64,000 nucleotides of DNA from Nymphaea colorata (Eukaryota): the NCBI RefSeq assembly GCF_008831285.2, contig NC_045138.2, forward strand, positions 29,388,001-29,452,000. The letters are read 5' to 3'. The first letter of the stretch is position 1. Every line of letters starts with the position of its first letter. Below are positions 38,801-53,800 of this stretch, piece by piece. The notes below the pieces were generated by a model, which saw only the letters and a list, made by a program, of their open reading frames with translations, made no database searches and was not told the origin of the DNA. Position numbers and translations under genes: made by a program.

Positions 38801-41800
38801 CTCATAACGGATATTGTGAACTAGATGGTAGGGACGTTGCCTCATCAAGATCTATATGCAGTTCCCATGTCTCACGGCATTGCTTCCCCTTCTGTTGCAC
38901 GGGGTTCATTGCGTCTTTCCTACCCTTGTTTTCTCATAGTAAATACTTTTGTCTCACACACAACCTCCATAAACTGACCATGATGCCGATGCATCTAGTT
39001 GGCCATGCATCGGATATGTCTTCAATCAGTATTTATTTCAAGGGCATTTAATTGACAATTTCAACTTGATGGTAGGGACGCTGCCACATCAAGATCCATA
39101 CGCAGTTCCAATGTCTCACGGGACTGCTTCCCTTCTTGTTGCACGGGGTTCATCGCAACATTTCTACCCTAGTTTTTTCATACTCAACACCTTTGCCCAG
39201 CACATAACATCCTAAAACTAACCATTATGCCGATGTATCTAGTTGGCCATATATCGGCTATGTCTTCAGTCAGTCATGTATTTCAAAAGTTCATTTGATT
39301 GACATTTTGAACTTAACCGTAAGGACGTTGCCTCATCAAGATCCATACGCAGTTCCCAAGTCTCACAGGACTGCTTCCCCTCTTGTTGTACGGGGTTCAT
39401 CGTATCTTTCATACCCTAGTTTTTGCAAAGATAACACTTTTTGTCTCACACATAACCTCCGAAAACTGGCAATTGCGCCGATGCATCTAGTTGGCCATGC
39501 ATCGGCCATGTCTTCAGTCATCCATTTATTGCAAGTGTATTTGATGGACGTCTTGATCTTGAAGGTAGGGATGTTGCCTCATCAATATCCATATGCATTT
39601 CTCCTGTCCCACGAGATTGCTTCCCCTCTTGTTGCAAGGGGTTCATCGTATCCTTCATATCCTAGTTTTTTCATAGTAAATACTTTTGTCTCACACACAA
39701 CCTCCATAAACTGACCATTATGCCGATGCATCTTGTTAGCAATGCATCGGCTATGTCGTCAGTCAGTCATTTACTTCAAGTGCATTTGATTGACATTTTG
39801 AACTAGACGGTAGGGACGTTGCCACATCAAGTTGCATATGTTGTTCCCATGTCTCACGAGACTCCTTCCACTCTTGTTGTACGGGGTTCATCGTGTCTTT
39901 CCTACCCATGTTTTTTCATAGTCAATACTTTTGCCTTATCCAAAAACTGAACATTATGCTGATGCATCTAGTTGGCCGTGCACCGGCTACGTCTTCAGTC
40001 AGCCATTTATTTCTAGTGCATTAGATTGACTTTTTAAACTTGATGGTAGGGACGTTGCCTCATCAAGATCCATATGCAGTTCCCAGATCTCACGGGAATG
40101 ATTCTCCTCTGGTTGTACGAGTTTCATTGCATCAACTGCACCCATAATGAGACAACAACACATCATTAAGAACTCATCTCTTCAGAGCTCCTTAAGTTAC
40201 AATTGTTGATCTATCTTGCCAAGATGATGCGGCGAGATGCACAAGATTGTCAATAATAATACCAAACAAAGAATATGTTCGTTCATCTCTATTTGTCAAG
40301 AATGTGCTCGCAGATTCAACATTCACTTACTTTACCACGACACTCAGCCAGCCATTTATTTTAATTTCACATAACGGATATTGTGAACTAGATGGTAGGG
40401 ACGTTGCCTCATCAAGATCCATATGCAGTTCCCATGTCTCACGGCACTGCTTCCCTTCTGTTGCACGGGGTTCATCGCATCTTTCCTACCCTTGTTTTCT
40501 CATAGTAAATACTTTTGTCTCACACACAACCTCCATAAACTGACCATTATGCTGATGCATCTAGTTGGCCATGCATCGGATATGTCTTCAGTGAGTACTT
40601 ATTTCAAGTGCATTTAATTGACAATTTCAACTTGATGGTAGGGACGCTGCCACATCAAGATCCATACGCAGTTCCGATGTCTCACGGGACTGCTTCCCTT
40701 TTTGTTGCACGGGGTTCATCGCAACATTTCTACCCAAGTTTTTTCATAGTCAATACCTTTGTCCAGCACATAACATCCTAAAACTGACCATTATGCCGAT
40801 GTATCTAGTTGCCCATATATCGGCTATGTCTTCAGTCAGCCATGTATTTCAAAAGTGCATTTGATTGACATTTGGAACTTAACCGTAAGGACGTTGCATA
40901 ATCAAGATACATACGCAGTTCCCATGTCTCACAGGACTGCTTCCCCTCTTGTTGTATGGGGTTCATCGTATCTTTCTTATCCTAGTTTTTGCATAGTTAA
41001 TACTTTTTGTCTCACAAATAACCTCCTAAAACTGGCAATTATGGCGATGCATCTCGTTGGCCATGCATCGGCCATGTCTTCAGTCATCCATCTATTTCAA
41101 GTGTATTTCATGGACGTTTTGAACTTGATGGTAGGGACGTTGCTTCATCAAGATCCATATGCATTTCTCTTGTCTCACGAGATTGCTTCCCCTCTTGTTG
41201 CACGGGGTTCATCGTATCCTTCATATCCTAGTTTTTTCATCGTCAATACTTTTGTCTCACACACAACCTCCATAAACTGACCAGTATGCCGATGCATCTG
41301 GTTGGCCATGCATCGGCTATGTCGTCAGTCAGTCATTTATTTCAAGTGCATTTGATTGACATTTAGAACTAGACGGTAGGGACGTTGCCACATCAAGATG
41401 CATATGTTGTTCGCATGTCTCACGAGACTGCTTCCCCTCTTGTTGTACGGGGTTCATCGTGTCTTTCCTACCCATGTTTTTTCATAGTCAATACCTATCT
41501 CATGCAAAAACGGACCATTATGTTGATGCATCTAATTGGCCATGCACCGGCTACGTCTTCAGTCAGCCATTTATTTCCAGTGCATTTGATTGACTTTTTA
41601 AACTTGATGGTAGGGACGTTGCCTCATCAAGATCCATATGCAGTTCCCAGATCTCACGGGAATGATTCTCCTCTGGTTGTACGAGTTTCATTGCATCAAC
41701 TGCACCCATAATGAGACAACAACACATCATTAAGAACTCATCTCTTCAGAGCTCCTTAAGTTACAATTGTTGATCTATCTTGCCAAGATGATGCGGCGAG

Positions 41801-44800
41801 ATGCACAAGATTGTCAATAATAATACCAAACAAAGAATATGTTCGTTCATCTCTATTTGTCAAGAATGTGCTCGCAGATTCAACATTCACTTACTTTACC
41901 ACGACACTCAGCCAGCCATTTATTTTAATTTCACATAACGGATATTGTGAACTAGATGGTAGGGACGTTGCCTCATCAAGATCCATATGCAGTTCCCATG
42001 TCTCACGGCACTGCTTTCCCTTCTGTTGCACGGGGTTCATCGCATCTTTCCTACCCTTGTTTTCTCATAGTAAATACTTTTGTCTCACACACAACCTCCA
42101 TAAACTGACCATTATGCTGATGCATCTAGTTGGCCATGCATCGGATATGTCTTCAGTGAGTACTTATTTCAAGTGCATTTAATTGACAATTTCAACTTGA
42201 TGGTAGGGACGCTGCCACATCAAGATCCATACGCAGTTCCGATGTCTCACGGGACTGCTTCCCTTTTTGTTGCACGGGGTTCATCGCAACATTTCTACCC
42301 AAGTTTTTTCATAGTCAATACCTTTGTCCAGCACATAACATCCTAAAACTGACCATTATGCCGATGTATCTAGTTGCCCATATATCGGCTATGTCTTCAG
42401 TCAGCCATGTATTTCAAAAGTGCATTTGATTGACATTTGGAACTTAACCGTAAGGACGTTGCATAATCAAGATACATACGCAGTTCCCATGTCTCACAGG
42501 ACTGCTTCCCCTCTTGTTGTATGGGGTTCATCGTATCTTTCTTATCCTAGTTTTTGCATAGTTAATACTTTTTGTCTCACAAATAACCTCCTAAAACTGG
42601 CAATTATGGCGATGCATCTCGTTGGCCATGCATCGGCCATGTCTTCAGTCATCCATCTATTTCAAGTGTATTTCATGGACGTTTTGAACTTGATGGTAGG
42701 GACGTTGCTTCATCAAGATCCATATGCATTTCTCTTGTCTCACGAGATTGCTTCCCCTCTTGTTGCACGGGGTTCATCGTATCCTTCATATCCTAGTTTT
42801 TTCATCGTCAATACTTTTGTCTCACACACAACCTCCATAAACTGACCAGTATGCCGATGCATCTGGTTGGCCATGCATCGGCTATGTCGTCAGTCAGTCA
42901 TTTATTTCAAGTGCATTTGATTGACATTTAGAACTAGACGGTAGGGACGTTGCCACATCAAGATGCATATGTTGTTCGCATGTCTCACGAGACTGCTTCC
43001 CCTCTTGTTGTACGGGGTTCATCGTGTCTTTCCTACCCATGTTTTTTCATAGTCAATACCTATCTCATGCAAAAACGGACCATTATGTTGATGCATCTAA
43101 TTGGCCATGCACCGGCTACGTCTTCAGTCAGCCATTTATTTCCAGTGCATTTGATTGACTTTTTAAACTTGATGGTAGGGACGTTGCCTCATCAAGATCC
43201 ATATGCAGTTCCCAGATCTCACGGGAATGATTCTCCTCTGGTTGTACGAGTTTCATTGCATCAACTGCACCCATAATGAGACAACAACACATCATTAAGA
43301 ACTCATCTCTTCAGAGCTCCTTAAGTTACAATTGTTGATCTATCTTGCCAAGATGATGCGGCGAGATGCACAAGATTGTCAATAATAATACCAAACAAAG
43401 AATATGTTCGTTCATCTCTATTTGTCAAGAATGTGCTCGCAGATTCAACATTCACTTACTTTACCACGACACTCAGCCAGCCATTTATTTTAATTTCACA
43501 TAACGGATATTGTGAACTAGATGGTAGGGACGTTGCCTCATCAAGATCCATATGCAGTTCCCATGTCTCACGGCACTGCTTTCCCTTCTGTTGCACGGGG
43601 TTCATCGCATCTTTCCTACCCTTGTTTTCTCATAGTAAATACTTTTGTCTCACACACAACCTCCATAAACTGACCATTATGCTGATGCATCTAGTTGGCC
43701 ATGCATCGGATATGTCTTCAGTGAGTACTTATTTCAAGTGCATTTAATTGACAATTTCAACTTGATGGTAGGGACGCTGCCACATCAAGATCCATACGCA
43801 GTTCCGATGTCTCACGGGACTGCTTCCCTTTTTGTTGCACGGGGTTCATCGCAACATTTCTACCCAAGTTTTTTCATAGTCAATACCTTTGTCCAGCACA
43901 TAACATCCTAAAACTGACCATTATGCCGATGTATCTAGTTGCCCATATATCGGCTATGTCTTCAGTCAGCCATGTATTTCAAAAGTGCATTTGATTGACA
44001 TTTGGAACTTAACCGTAAGGACGTTGCATAATCAAGATACATACGCAGTTCCCATGTCTCACAGGACTGCTTCCCCTCTTGTTGTATGGGGTTCATCGTA
44101 TCTTTCTTATCCTAGTTTTTGCATAGTTAATACTTTTTGTCTCACAAATAACCTCCTAAAACTGGCAATTATGGCGATGCATCTCGTTGGCCATGCATCG
44201 GCCATGTCTTCAGTCATCCATCTATTTCAAGTGTATTTCATGGACGTTTTGAACTTGATGGTAGGGACGTTGCTTCATCAAGATCCATATGCATTTCTCT
44301 TGTCTCACGAGATTGCTTCCCCTCTTGTTGCACGGGGTTCATCGTATCCTTCATATCCTAGTTTTTTCATCGTCAATACTTTTGTCTCACACACAACCTC
44401 CATAAACTGACCAGTATGCCGATGCATCTGGTTGGCCATGCATCGGCTATGTCGTCAGTCAGTCATTTATTTCAAGTGCATTTGATTGACATTTAGAACT
44501 AGACGGTAGGGACGTTGCCACATCAAGATGCATATGTTGTTCGCATGTCTCACGAGACTGCTTCCCCTCTTGTTGTACGGGGTTCATCGTGTCTTTCCTA
44601 CCCATGTTTTTTCATAGTCAATACCTATCTCATGCAAAAACGGACCATTATGTTGATGCATCTAATTGGCCATGCACCGGCTACGTCTTCAGTCAGCCAT
44701 TTATTTCCAGTGCATTTGATTGACTTTTTAAACTTGATGGTAGGGACGTTGCCTCATCAAGATCCATATGCAGTTCCCAGATCTCACGGGAATGATTCTC

Positions 44801-47800
44801 CTCTGGTTGTACGAGTTTCATTGCATCAACTGCACCCATAATGAGACAACAACACATCATTAAGAACTCATCTCTTCAGAGCTCCTTAAGTTACAATTGT
44901 TGATCTATCTTGCCAAGATGATGCGGCGAGATGCACAAGATTGTCAATAATAATACCAAACAAAGAATATGTTCGTTCATCTCTATTTGTCAAGAATGTG
45001 CTCGCAGATTCAACATTCACTTACTTTACCACGACACTCAGCCAGCCATTTATTTTAATTTCACATAACGGATATTGTGAACTAGATGGTAGGGACGTTG
45101 CCTCATCAAGATCCATATGCAGTTCCCATGTCTCACGGCACTGCTTTCCCTTCTGTTGCACGGGGTTCATCGCATCTTTCCTACCCTTGTTTTCTCATAG
45201 TAAATACTTTTGTCTCACACACAACCTCCATAAACTGACCATTATGCTGATGCATCTAGTTGGCCATGCATCGGATATGTCTTCAGTGAGTACTTATTTC
45301 AAGTGCATTTAATTGACAATTTCAACTTGATGGTAGGGACGCTGCCACATCAAGATCCATACGCAGTTCCGATGTCTCACGGGACTGCTTCCCTTTTTGT
45401 TGCACGGGGTTCATCGCAACATTTCTACCCAAGTTTTTTCATAGTCAATACCTTTGTCCAGCACATAACATCCTAAAACTGACCATTATGCCGATGTATC
45501 TAGTTGCCCATATATCGGCTATGTCTTCAGTCAGCCATGTATTTCAAAAGTGCATTTGATTGACATTTGGAACTTAACCGTAAGGACGTTGCATAATCAA
45601 GATACATACGCAGTTCCCATGTCTCACAGGACTGCTTCCCCTCTTGTTGTATGGGGTTCATCGTATCTTTCTTATCCTAGTTTTTGCATAGTTAATACTT
45701 TTTGTCTCACAAATAACCTCCTAAAACTGGCAATTATGGCGATGCATCTCGTTGGCCATGCATCGGCCATGTCTTCAGTCATCCATCTATTTCAAGTGTA
45801 TTTCATGGACGTTTTGAACTTGATGGTAGGGACGTTGCTTCATCAAGATCCATATGCATTTCTCTTGTCTCACGAGATTGCTTCCCCTCTTGTTGCACGG
45901 GGTTCATCGTATCCTTCATATCCTAGTTTTTTCATCGTCAATACTTTTGTCTCACACACAACCTCCATAAACTGACCAGTATGCCGATGCATCTGGTTGG
46001 CCATGCATCGGCTATGTCGTCAGTCAGTCATTTATTTCAAGTGCATTTGATTGACATTTAGAACTAGACGGTAGGGACGTTGCCACATCAAGATGCATAT
46101 GTTGTTCGCATGTCTCACGAGACTGCTTCCCCTCTTGTTGTACGGGGTTCATCGTGTCTTTCCTACCCATGTTTTTTCATAGTCAATACCTATCTCATGC
46201 AAAAACGGACCATTATGTTGATGCATCTAATTGGCCATGCACCGGCTACGTCTTCAGTCAGCCATTTATTTCCAGTGCATTTGATTGACTTTTTAAACTT
46301 GATGGTAGGGACGTTGCCTCATCAAGATCCATATGCAGTTCCCAGATCTCACGGGAATGATTCTCCTCTGGTTGTACGAGTTTCATTGCATCAACTGCAC
46401 CCATAATGAGACAACAACACATCATTAAGAACTCATCTCTTCAGAGCTCCTTAAGTTACAATTGTTGATCTATCTTGCCAAGATGATGCGGCGAGATGCA
46501 CAAGATTGTCAATAATAATACCAAACAAAGAATATGTTCGTTCATCTCTATTTGTCAAGAATGTGCTCGCAGATTCAACATTCACTTACTTTACCACGAC
46601 ACTCAGCCAGCCATTTATTTTAATTTCACATAACGGATATTGTGAACTAGATGGTAGGGACGTTGCCTCATCAAGATCCATATGCAGTTCCCATGTCTCA
46701 CGGCACTGCTTTCCCTTCTGTTGCACGGGGTTCATCGCATCTTTCCTACCCTTGTTTTCTCATAGTAAATACTTTTGTCTCACACACAACCTCCATAAAC
46801 TGACCATTATGCTGATGCATCTAGTTGGCCATGCATCGGATATGTCTTCAGTGAGTACTTATTTCAAGTGCATTTAATTGACAATTTCAACTTGATGGTA
46901 GGGACGCTGCCACATCAAGATCCATACGCAGTTCCGATGTCTCACGGGACTGCTTCCCTTTTTGTTGCACGGGGTTCATCGCAACATTTCTACCCAAGTT
47001 TTTTCATAGTCAATACCTTTGTCCAGCACATAACATCCTAAAACTGACCATTATGCCGATGTATCTAGTTGCCCATATATCGGCTATGTCTTCAGTCAGC
47101 CATGTATTTCAAAAGTGCATTTGATTGACATTTGGAACTTAACCGTAAGGACGTTGCATAATCAAGATACATACGCAGTTCCCATGTCTCACAGGACTGC
47201 TTCCCCTCTTGTTGTATGGGGTTCATCGTATCTTTCTTATCCTAGTTTTTGCATAGTTAATACTTTTTGTCTCACAAATAACCTCCTAAAACTGGCAATT
47301 ATGGCGATGCATCTCGTTGGCCATGCATCGGCCATGTCTTCAGTCATCCATCTATTTCAAGTGTATTTCATGGACGTTTTGAACTTGATGGTAGGGACGT
47401 TGCTTCATCAAGATCCATATGCATTTCTCTTGTCTCACGAGATTGCTTCCCCTCTTGTTGCACGGGGTTCATCGTATCCTTCATATCCTAGTTTTTTCAT
47501 CGTCAATACTTTTGTCTCACACACAACCTCCATAAACTGACCAGTATGCCGATGCATCTGGTTGGCCATGCATCGGCTATGTCGTCAGTCAGTCATTTAT
47601 TTCAAGTGCATTTGATTGACATTTAGAACTAGACGGTAGGGACGTTGCCACATCAAGATGCATATGTTGTTCGCATGTCTCACGAGACTGCTTCCCCTCT
47701 TGTTGTACGGGGTTCATCGTGTCTTTCCTACCCATGTTTTTTCATAGTCAATACCTATCTCATGCAAAAACGGACCATTATGTTGATGCATCTAATTGGC

Positions 47801-50800
47801 CATGCACCGGCTACGTCTTCAGTCAGCCATTTATTTCCAGTGCATTTGATTGACTTTTTAAACTTGATGGTAGGGACGTTGCCTCATCAAGATCCATATG
47901 CAGTTCCCAGATCTCACGGGAATGATTCTCCTCTGGTTGTACGAGTTTCATTGCATCAACTGCACCCATAATGAGACAACAACACATCATTAAGAACTCA
48001 TCTCTTCAGAGCTCCTTAAGTTACAATTGTTGATCTATCTTGCCAAGATGATGCGGCGAGATGCACAAGATTGTCAATAATAATACCAAACAAAGAATAT
48101 GTTCGTTCATCTCTATTTGTCAAGAATGTGCTCGCAGATTCAACATTCACTTACTTTACCACGACACTCAGCCAGCCATTTATTTTAATTTCACATAACG
48201 GATATTGTGAACTAGATGGTAGGGACGTTGCCTCATCAAGATCCATATGCAGTTCCCATGTCTCACGGCACTGCTTTCCCTTCTGTTGCACGGGGTTCAT
48301 CGCATCTTTCCTACCCTTGTTTTCTCATAGTAAATACTTTTGTCTCACACACAACCTCCATAAACTGACCATTATGCTGATGCATCTAGTTGGCCATGCA
48401 TCGGATATGTCTTCAGTGAGTACTTATTTCAAGTGCATTTAATTGACAATTTCAACTTGATGGTAGGGACGCTGCCACATCAAGATCCATACGCAGTTCC
48501 GATGTCTCACGGGACTGCTTCCCTTTTTGTTGCACGGGGTTCATCGCAACATTTCTACCCAAGTTTTTTCATAGTCAATACCTTTGTCCAGCACATAACA
48601 TCCTAAAACTGACCATTATGCCGATGTATCTAGTTGCCCATATATCGGCTATGTCTTCAGTCAGCCATGTATTTCAAAAGTGCATTTGATTGACATTTGG
48701 AACTTAACCGTAAGGACGTTGCATAATCAAGATACATACGCAGTTCCCATGTCTCACAGGACTGCTTCCCCTCTTGTTGTATGGGGTTCATCGTATCTTT
48801 CTTATCCTAGTTTTTGCATAGTTAATACTTTTTGTCTCACAAATAACCTCCTAAAACTGGCAATTATGGCGATGCATCTCGTTGGCCATGCATCGGCCAT
48901 GTCTTCAGTCATCCATCTATTTCAAGTGTATTTCATGGACGTTTTGAACTTGATGGTAGGGACGTTGCTTCATCAAGATCCATATGCATTTCTCTTGTCT
49001 CACGAGATTGCTTCCCCTCTTGTTGCACGGGGTTCATCGTATCCTTCATATCCTAGTTTTTTCATCGTCAATACTTTTGTCTCACACACAACCTCCATAA
49101 ACTGACCAGTATGCCGATGCATCTGGTTGGCCATGCATCGGCTATGTCGTCAGTCAGTCATTTATTTCAAGTGCATTTGATTGACAATTTGAACTAGACT
49201 GTAGGGACGTTGCCACATCAAGATCCATATGTTGTTCCCATGTCTCACGAGACTGCTTCCCCTCTTGTTGTACGGGGTTCATCGTGTCTTTCCTACCCAT
49301 GTTTTTTCATAGTCAATACTTTTGTCTCATCCAAAAACTGACCATTATGCTGATGCATCTAGTTGGCCGTGCACCGGCTAGGTCTTCAGTCAGCCATTTA
49401 TTTCTAGTGCATTTGATTGACTTTTTAAACTTGATGGTAGGGACGTTGCCTCATCAAGATCCATATGCAGTTCCCAGATCTCACGGGAATGCTTCAACTC
49501 TAGTAGTACGAGTTTCATCGCATCAACTGCACCCATAATGAGACAACCACACATCATTAAGAACTCATCTCTTTAGAGCTCCGTAAGTTACAATTGTTGC
49601 TCTCTCTTGCCAAGATGATGAGGCGAAAAGCACAAGATTGTCAATAATAATACCCAACAAAGAATATGTTCGTTCATCTCTATTTGTCAAGAATGTGCTC
49701 GCAGATTCAACATTCACTTACTTTACCACGACACTCAGCCAGCCATTTATTTTAATTTCACATAACGGATATTGTGAACTAGATGGTAGGGACGTTGCCT
49801 CATCAAGATCTATATGCAGTTCTCATGTCTCACGGCACTGCTTCCCCTTCTGTTGCACGGGGTTTATCGCGCCTTTCCTACCCTTGTTTTCTCATAGTAA
49901 AAACTTTTGTCTCACACACAACCTCCATACACTGACCATGATGCCGATGCATCTAGTTGGCCATGCATCGTATATGTCTTCAGTCAGTATTTATTTCAAG
50001 TGCATTTAATTGACAATTTCAACTTGATGGTAGGGACGCTGCCACATCAAGATCCATACGCAGTTGCAATGTCTCACGGGACTGCTTCCATTTTTGTTGC
50101 ACGGGGTTCATCGTAACATTTCTACCCTAGTTTTTTCATAGTCAACACCTTTGTCCAGCACATAACATCCTAAAACTGACCATTATGCCGATGTATCTAG
50201 TTGGCCATATATCGGCTATGTCTTCAGTCGGCCATGTATTTCAAAAGTGCATTTGATTGACATTTGGAACTTAACCGTAAGGACGTTGCATCATCAAGAT
50301 ACATACGCAGTTCCCATGTCTCACAGGACTGCTTCCCCTCTTGTTGTACGGGGTTCATCGTATCTTTCTCACCCTTCTTTTTGCATAGTTAATACTTTTT
50401 GTCTCACACATAACCTCCTAAAACTGGTAATTATGGCGATGCATCTAGTTGGCTATGCATCGGCCATGTCTTAAGTCAACCATCTATTTCAAGTGTATTT
50501 CATGAACGTTTTGAACTTGATGGTAGGGACGTTGCCTCATCAAGATCCATCTGCATTTCTCTTGTCTCACAAGATTGCTTCCCCTATTGTTGCACGGGGT
50601 TCATCGTATCCTTCATATCTTAGTTTTTTCATAGTAAATACTTTTGTCTCACACACAACCTCCATAAACTGACCAGTATGCCGATGCATCTGGTTGGCCA
50701 TGCATCGGCTATGTCGTCAGTCAGTCATTTATTTCAAGTGCATTTGATTGACATTTTGAACTAGACGATAGGAGCTTTGCCACATCAAGATCCATATGTT

Positions 50801-53800
50801 GTTCCCATGTCTCACGAGACTGCTTCCCCTCTTGTTGTACGGGGTTCATCATGTCTTTCCTACTCATGTTTTTTCATAGTCAATACTTTTGTCTCATCCA
50901 AAAACTGACCATTATGCTGATGCATCTAGTTGGCCGTGCACCGGCTACGTCTTCAATCAGCCACTTATTTCTAGTCCTTTTGATTGACTTTTTAAACTTG
51001 ATGGTAGGGACGTTGCCTCATCAAGATCCATATGCAGTTCCCAGATCTCACGGGAATGCTTCTACTCTTGTTGTACGAGTTTCATCGCATCAATTGCACC
51101 CATAATGAGACAACCACACATCATTAAGAACTCATCTCTTGAGAGCTCCGTAAGGTACAATTGTTGCTCTCTCTTGCCAAGATGATGAGGCGTGATGCAC
51201 AAGATTGTCAATAATAATACCAAACAAAGAATATGTTCGTTCATCTCTATTCGTCAAGAATGTGCTCGCAGATTCAACATTCACTTACTTTACCACGACA
51301 CTCAGCCAGCCATCTATTTTAATTTCACATAACGGATATTTTGAACTAGACGGTAGGGACGTTGCCTCATCAAGATCCATATGCAGTTCCCATGTCTCAC
51401 GACACTGCTTCCCCTTCTGCTGCACGGGGTTCATCGCATCTTTCCTACCCTTGTTTTCTGATAGTAAATACTTTTGTCTCACACACAACCTCCATAAACT
51501 GACCATTATGCCGATGCATCTAGTTGGCCATGCATCGAATATGTCTTCAGTCAGTATTTATTTCAAGTGCCTTTAATTGACAATTTCAACTTGATGGTAG
51601 GGACGCTGCCACATCAAGATCCATACGCAGTTCCGATGTCTCACGGGACTGCTTCCCTTTTTGTTGCACGGGATTCATTGCAACATTTCTACCCTAGTTT
51701 TTTCATAGTCAACACCTTTGTCAAGCACATAACATCCTAAAACTGACCATTATGCCGATGTATCTAGTTGGCCATATATCGGCTATGTCTTCAGTCAGCC
51801 ATGTATTTCAAAAGTGCATTTGATTGACATTTTGAATTTAACCGTAAGGACGTTGCCTCATCAAGATCCATATGCAGTTCCCATGTCTCACAGGACTTCT
51901 TCCCCAATTGTTGTACAGGGTTCATCGTATCATTCTTACCATACTTTTTGCATAGTTAATACTTTTTGTCTCACACATAACCTCCTAAAACTGGCAATTA
52001 TGCCGATGCATCTATTTGGCCATGCATCGACCATGTCTTCAATCATCCATTTATTTCAAGTGTATTTGATGGACGTTTTGAACTTGATGGTAGGGACGTT
52101 GCATCATAAAGATCCATATGCATTTCTCTTGTCTCACGAGATTGCTTCCCCTCTTGTTGCACGGGGTTCATCGTATCCTTCATACCCTAGTTTTTTCATA
52201 GTAAATACTATTGTCCCACACACAACCTCCATAAACTGACCATTAGGCCGATGCATCTAGTTGGCCATCCATCGACTATGTCGTTAGTCAGTCATTTACT
52301 TCAAGTGTATTTGATTGACATTTTGAACTAGACGGTAGGGACGTTGCCACATCAATATCCATATGTTGTTCCCATGTCTCACGAGACTGCTTCCCCTCTT
52401 GTTGTACGGGGTTCATCGTTTCTTTCCTACCCATGTTTTTTCATAGTCAATACTTTTGTCTCATCCAAAAACTGACCATTATGCTGATGCATCTAGTTGG
52501 TCGTGCACCGGCTACATCTTCAGTCAGCCATTTATTTCTAGTGCATTTGATTGACTTTTTAAACTTGATGGTAGGGACGTTGCCTCATCAAGATCGATAT
52601 GAAGTTCCCAGATCTCACGGGAATGCTTCTACTCTGGTTGTACGAGTTTCATCGCATCAACTGCACCCATAATGAGACAACAACACATCATTAAGAACTC
52701 ATCTCTTCAGAGCTCCTTAAGTTACAATTGTTGGTCTATTTTGCCAAGATGATGAGGTGAGATGCGCAAGATTGTCAATAATAATACCAAACAAAGAATA
52801 TGTTCGTTCATCTCTACTCGTGAAAAATGTGCTCGCAGATTCAACATTCACTTACTTTACCACGTCACTCAGCCAGCCATCTTTTTTAATATCACATAAC
52901 GGATATTTTGAACTAGATGGTAGGGACGTTGCCTGATCAAGATCCATATGCAGTTACCATGTCTCACGGCACTGCATCCCCTTCTGTTGCACGGGGTTCA
53001 TCGCATCTTTCCTACCCTTGTTTTCTCATAGTAAATACTTTTGTCTCACACACAACCTCCATAAACTGACCATTATGCCGATGCATCTAGTTGGCCATGC
53101 ATCGGATATGTCTTCAGTCAGTATTTATTTCAAGTGCATTTAATTGACAATTTCAACTTGATGGTAGGGACGCTGCAACATCAAGATCCATACGCAGTTC
53201 CGATGTCTGATAGGACTGCTTCCCTTTTTGTTGCACGGGGTTCATCGCAACATTTCTACCCTAGTTTTTTCATAGTCAACAACTTTGTCCAACACATAAC
53301 ATCCCAAAACTGACCATTATGCCGATGTATCTAGTTGGCCATATATCGGCTATGTCTTCAGTCAGCCATGTATTTCAAAAGTGCATTTGATTGACATTTT
53401 GAACTTAACCATAAGGACGTTGCATCATCAAGATCCATACGCAGTTCCCATGTCTCACAGGACTGCTTCCCCTCTCGTTATACGGGGTTCATCGTATCTT
53501 TCTTACCCTAGTTTTTGCATAGTTAATACTTTTTGTCTCACACATAACCTCCTAAAACTGGCAATTATGCCGATGCATCTAGTTGGCCATGCATCGGTCA
53601 TGTCTTCAATCATCCATTTATTTCAAGTGTATTTGATGGACGTTTTGAACTTGATGGTAGGGACGTTGCATCATCAAGATCCATATGCATTTCTCTTGTC
53701 TCACGAGATTGCTTCCCCTCTTGTTGCACGGGGTTCATCGTATCCTTCATATCCTAGTATTTTCATAGTAAATACTTTTGTCTCACACACAACCTCCATA

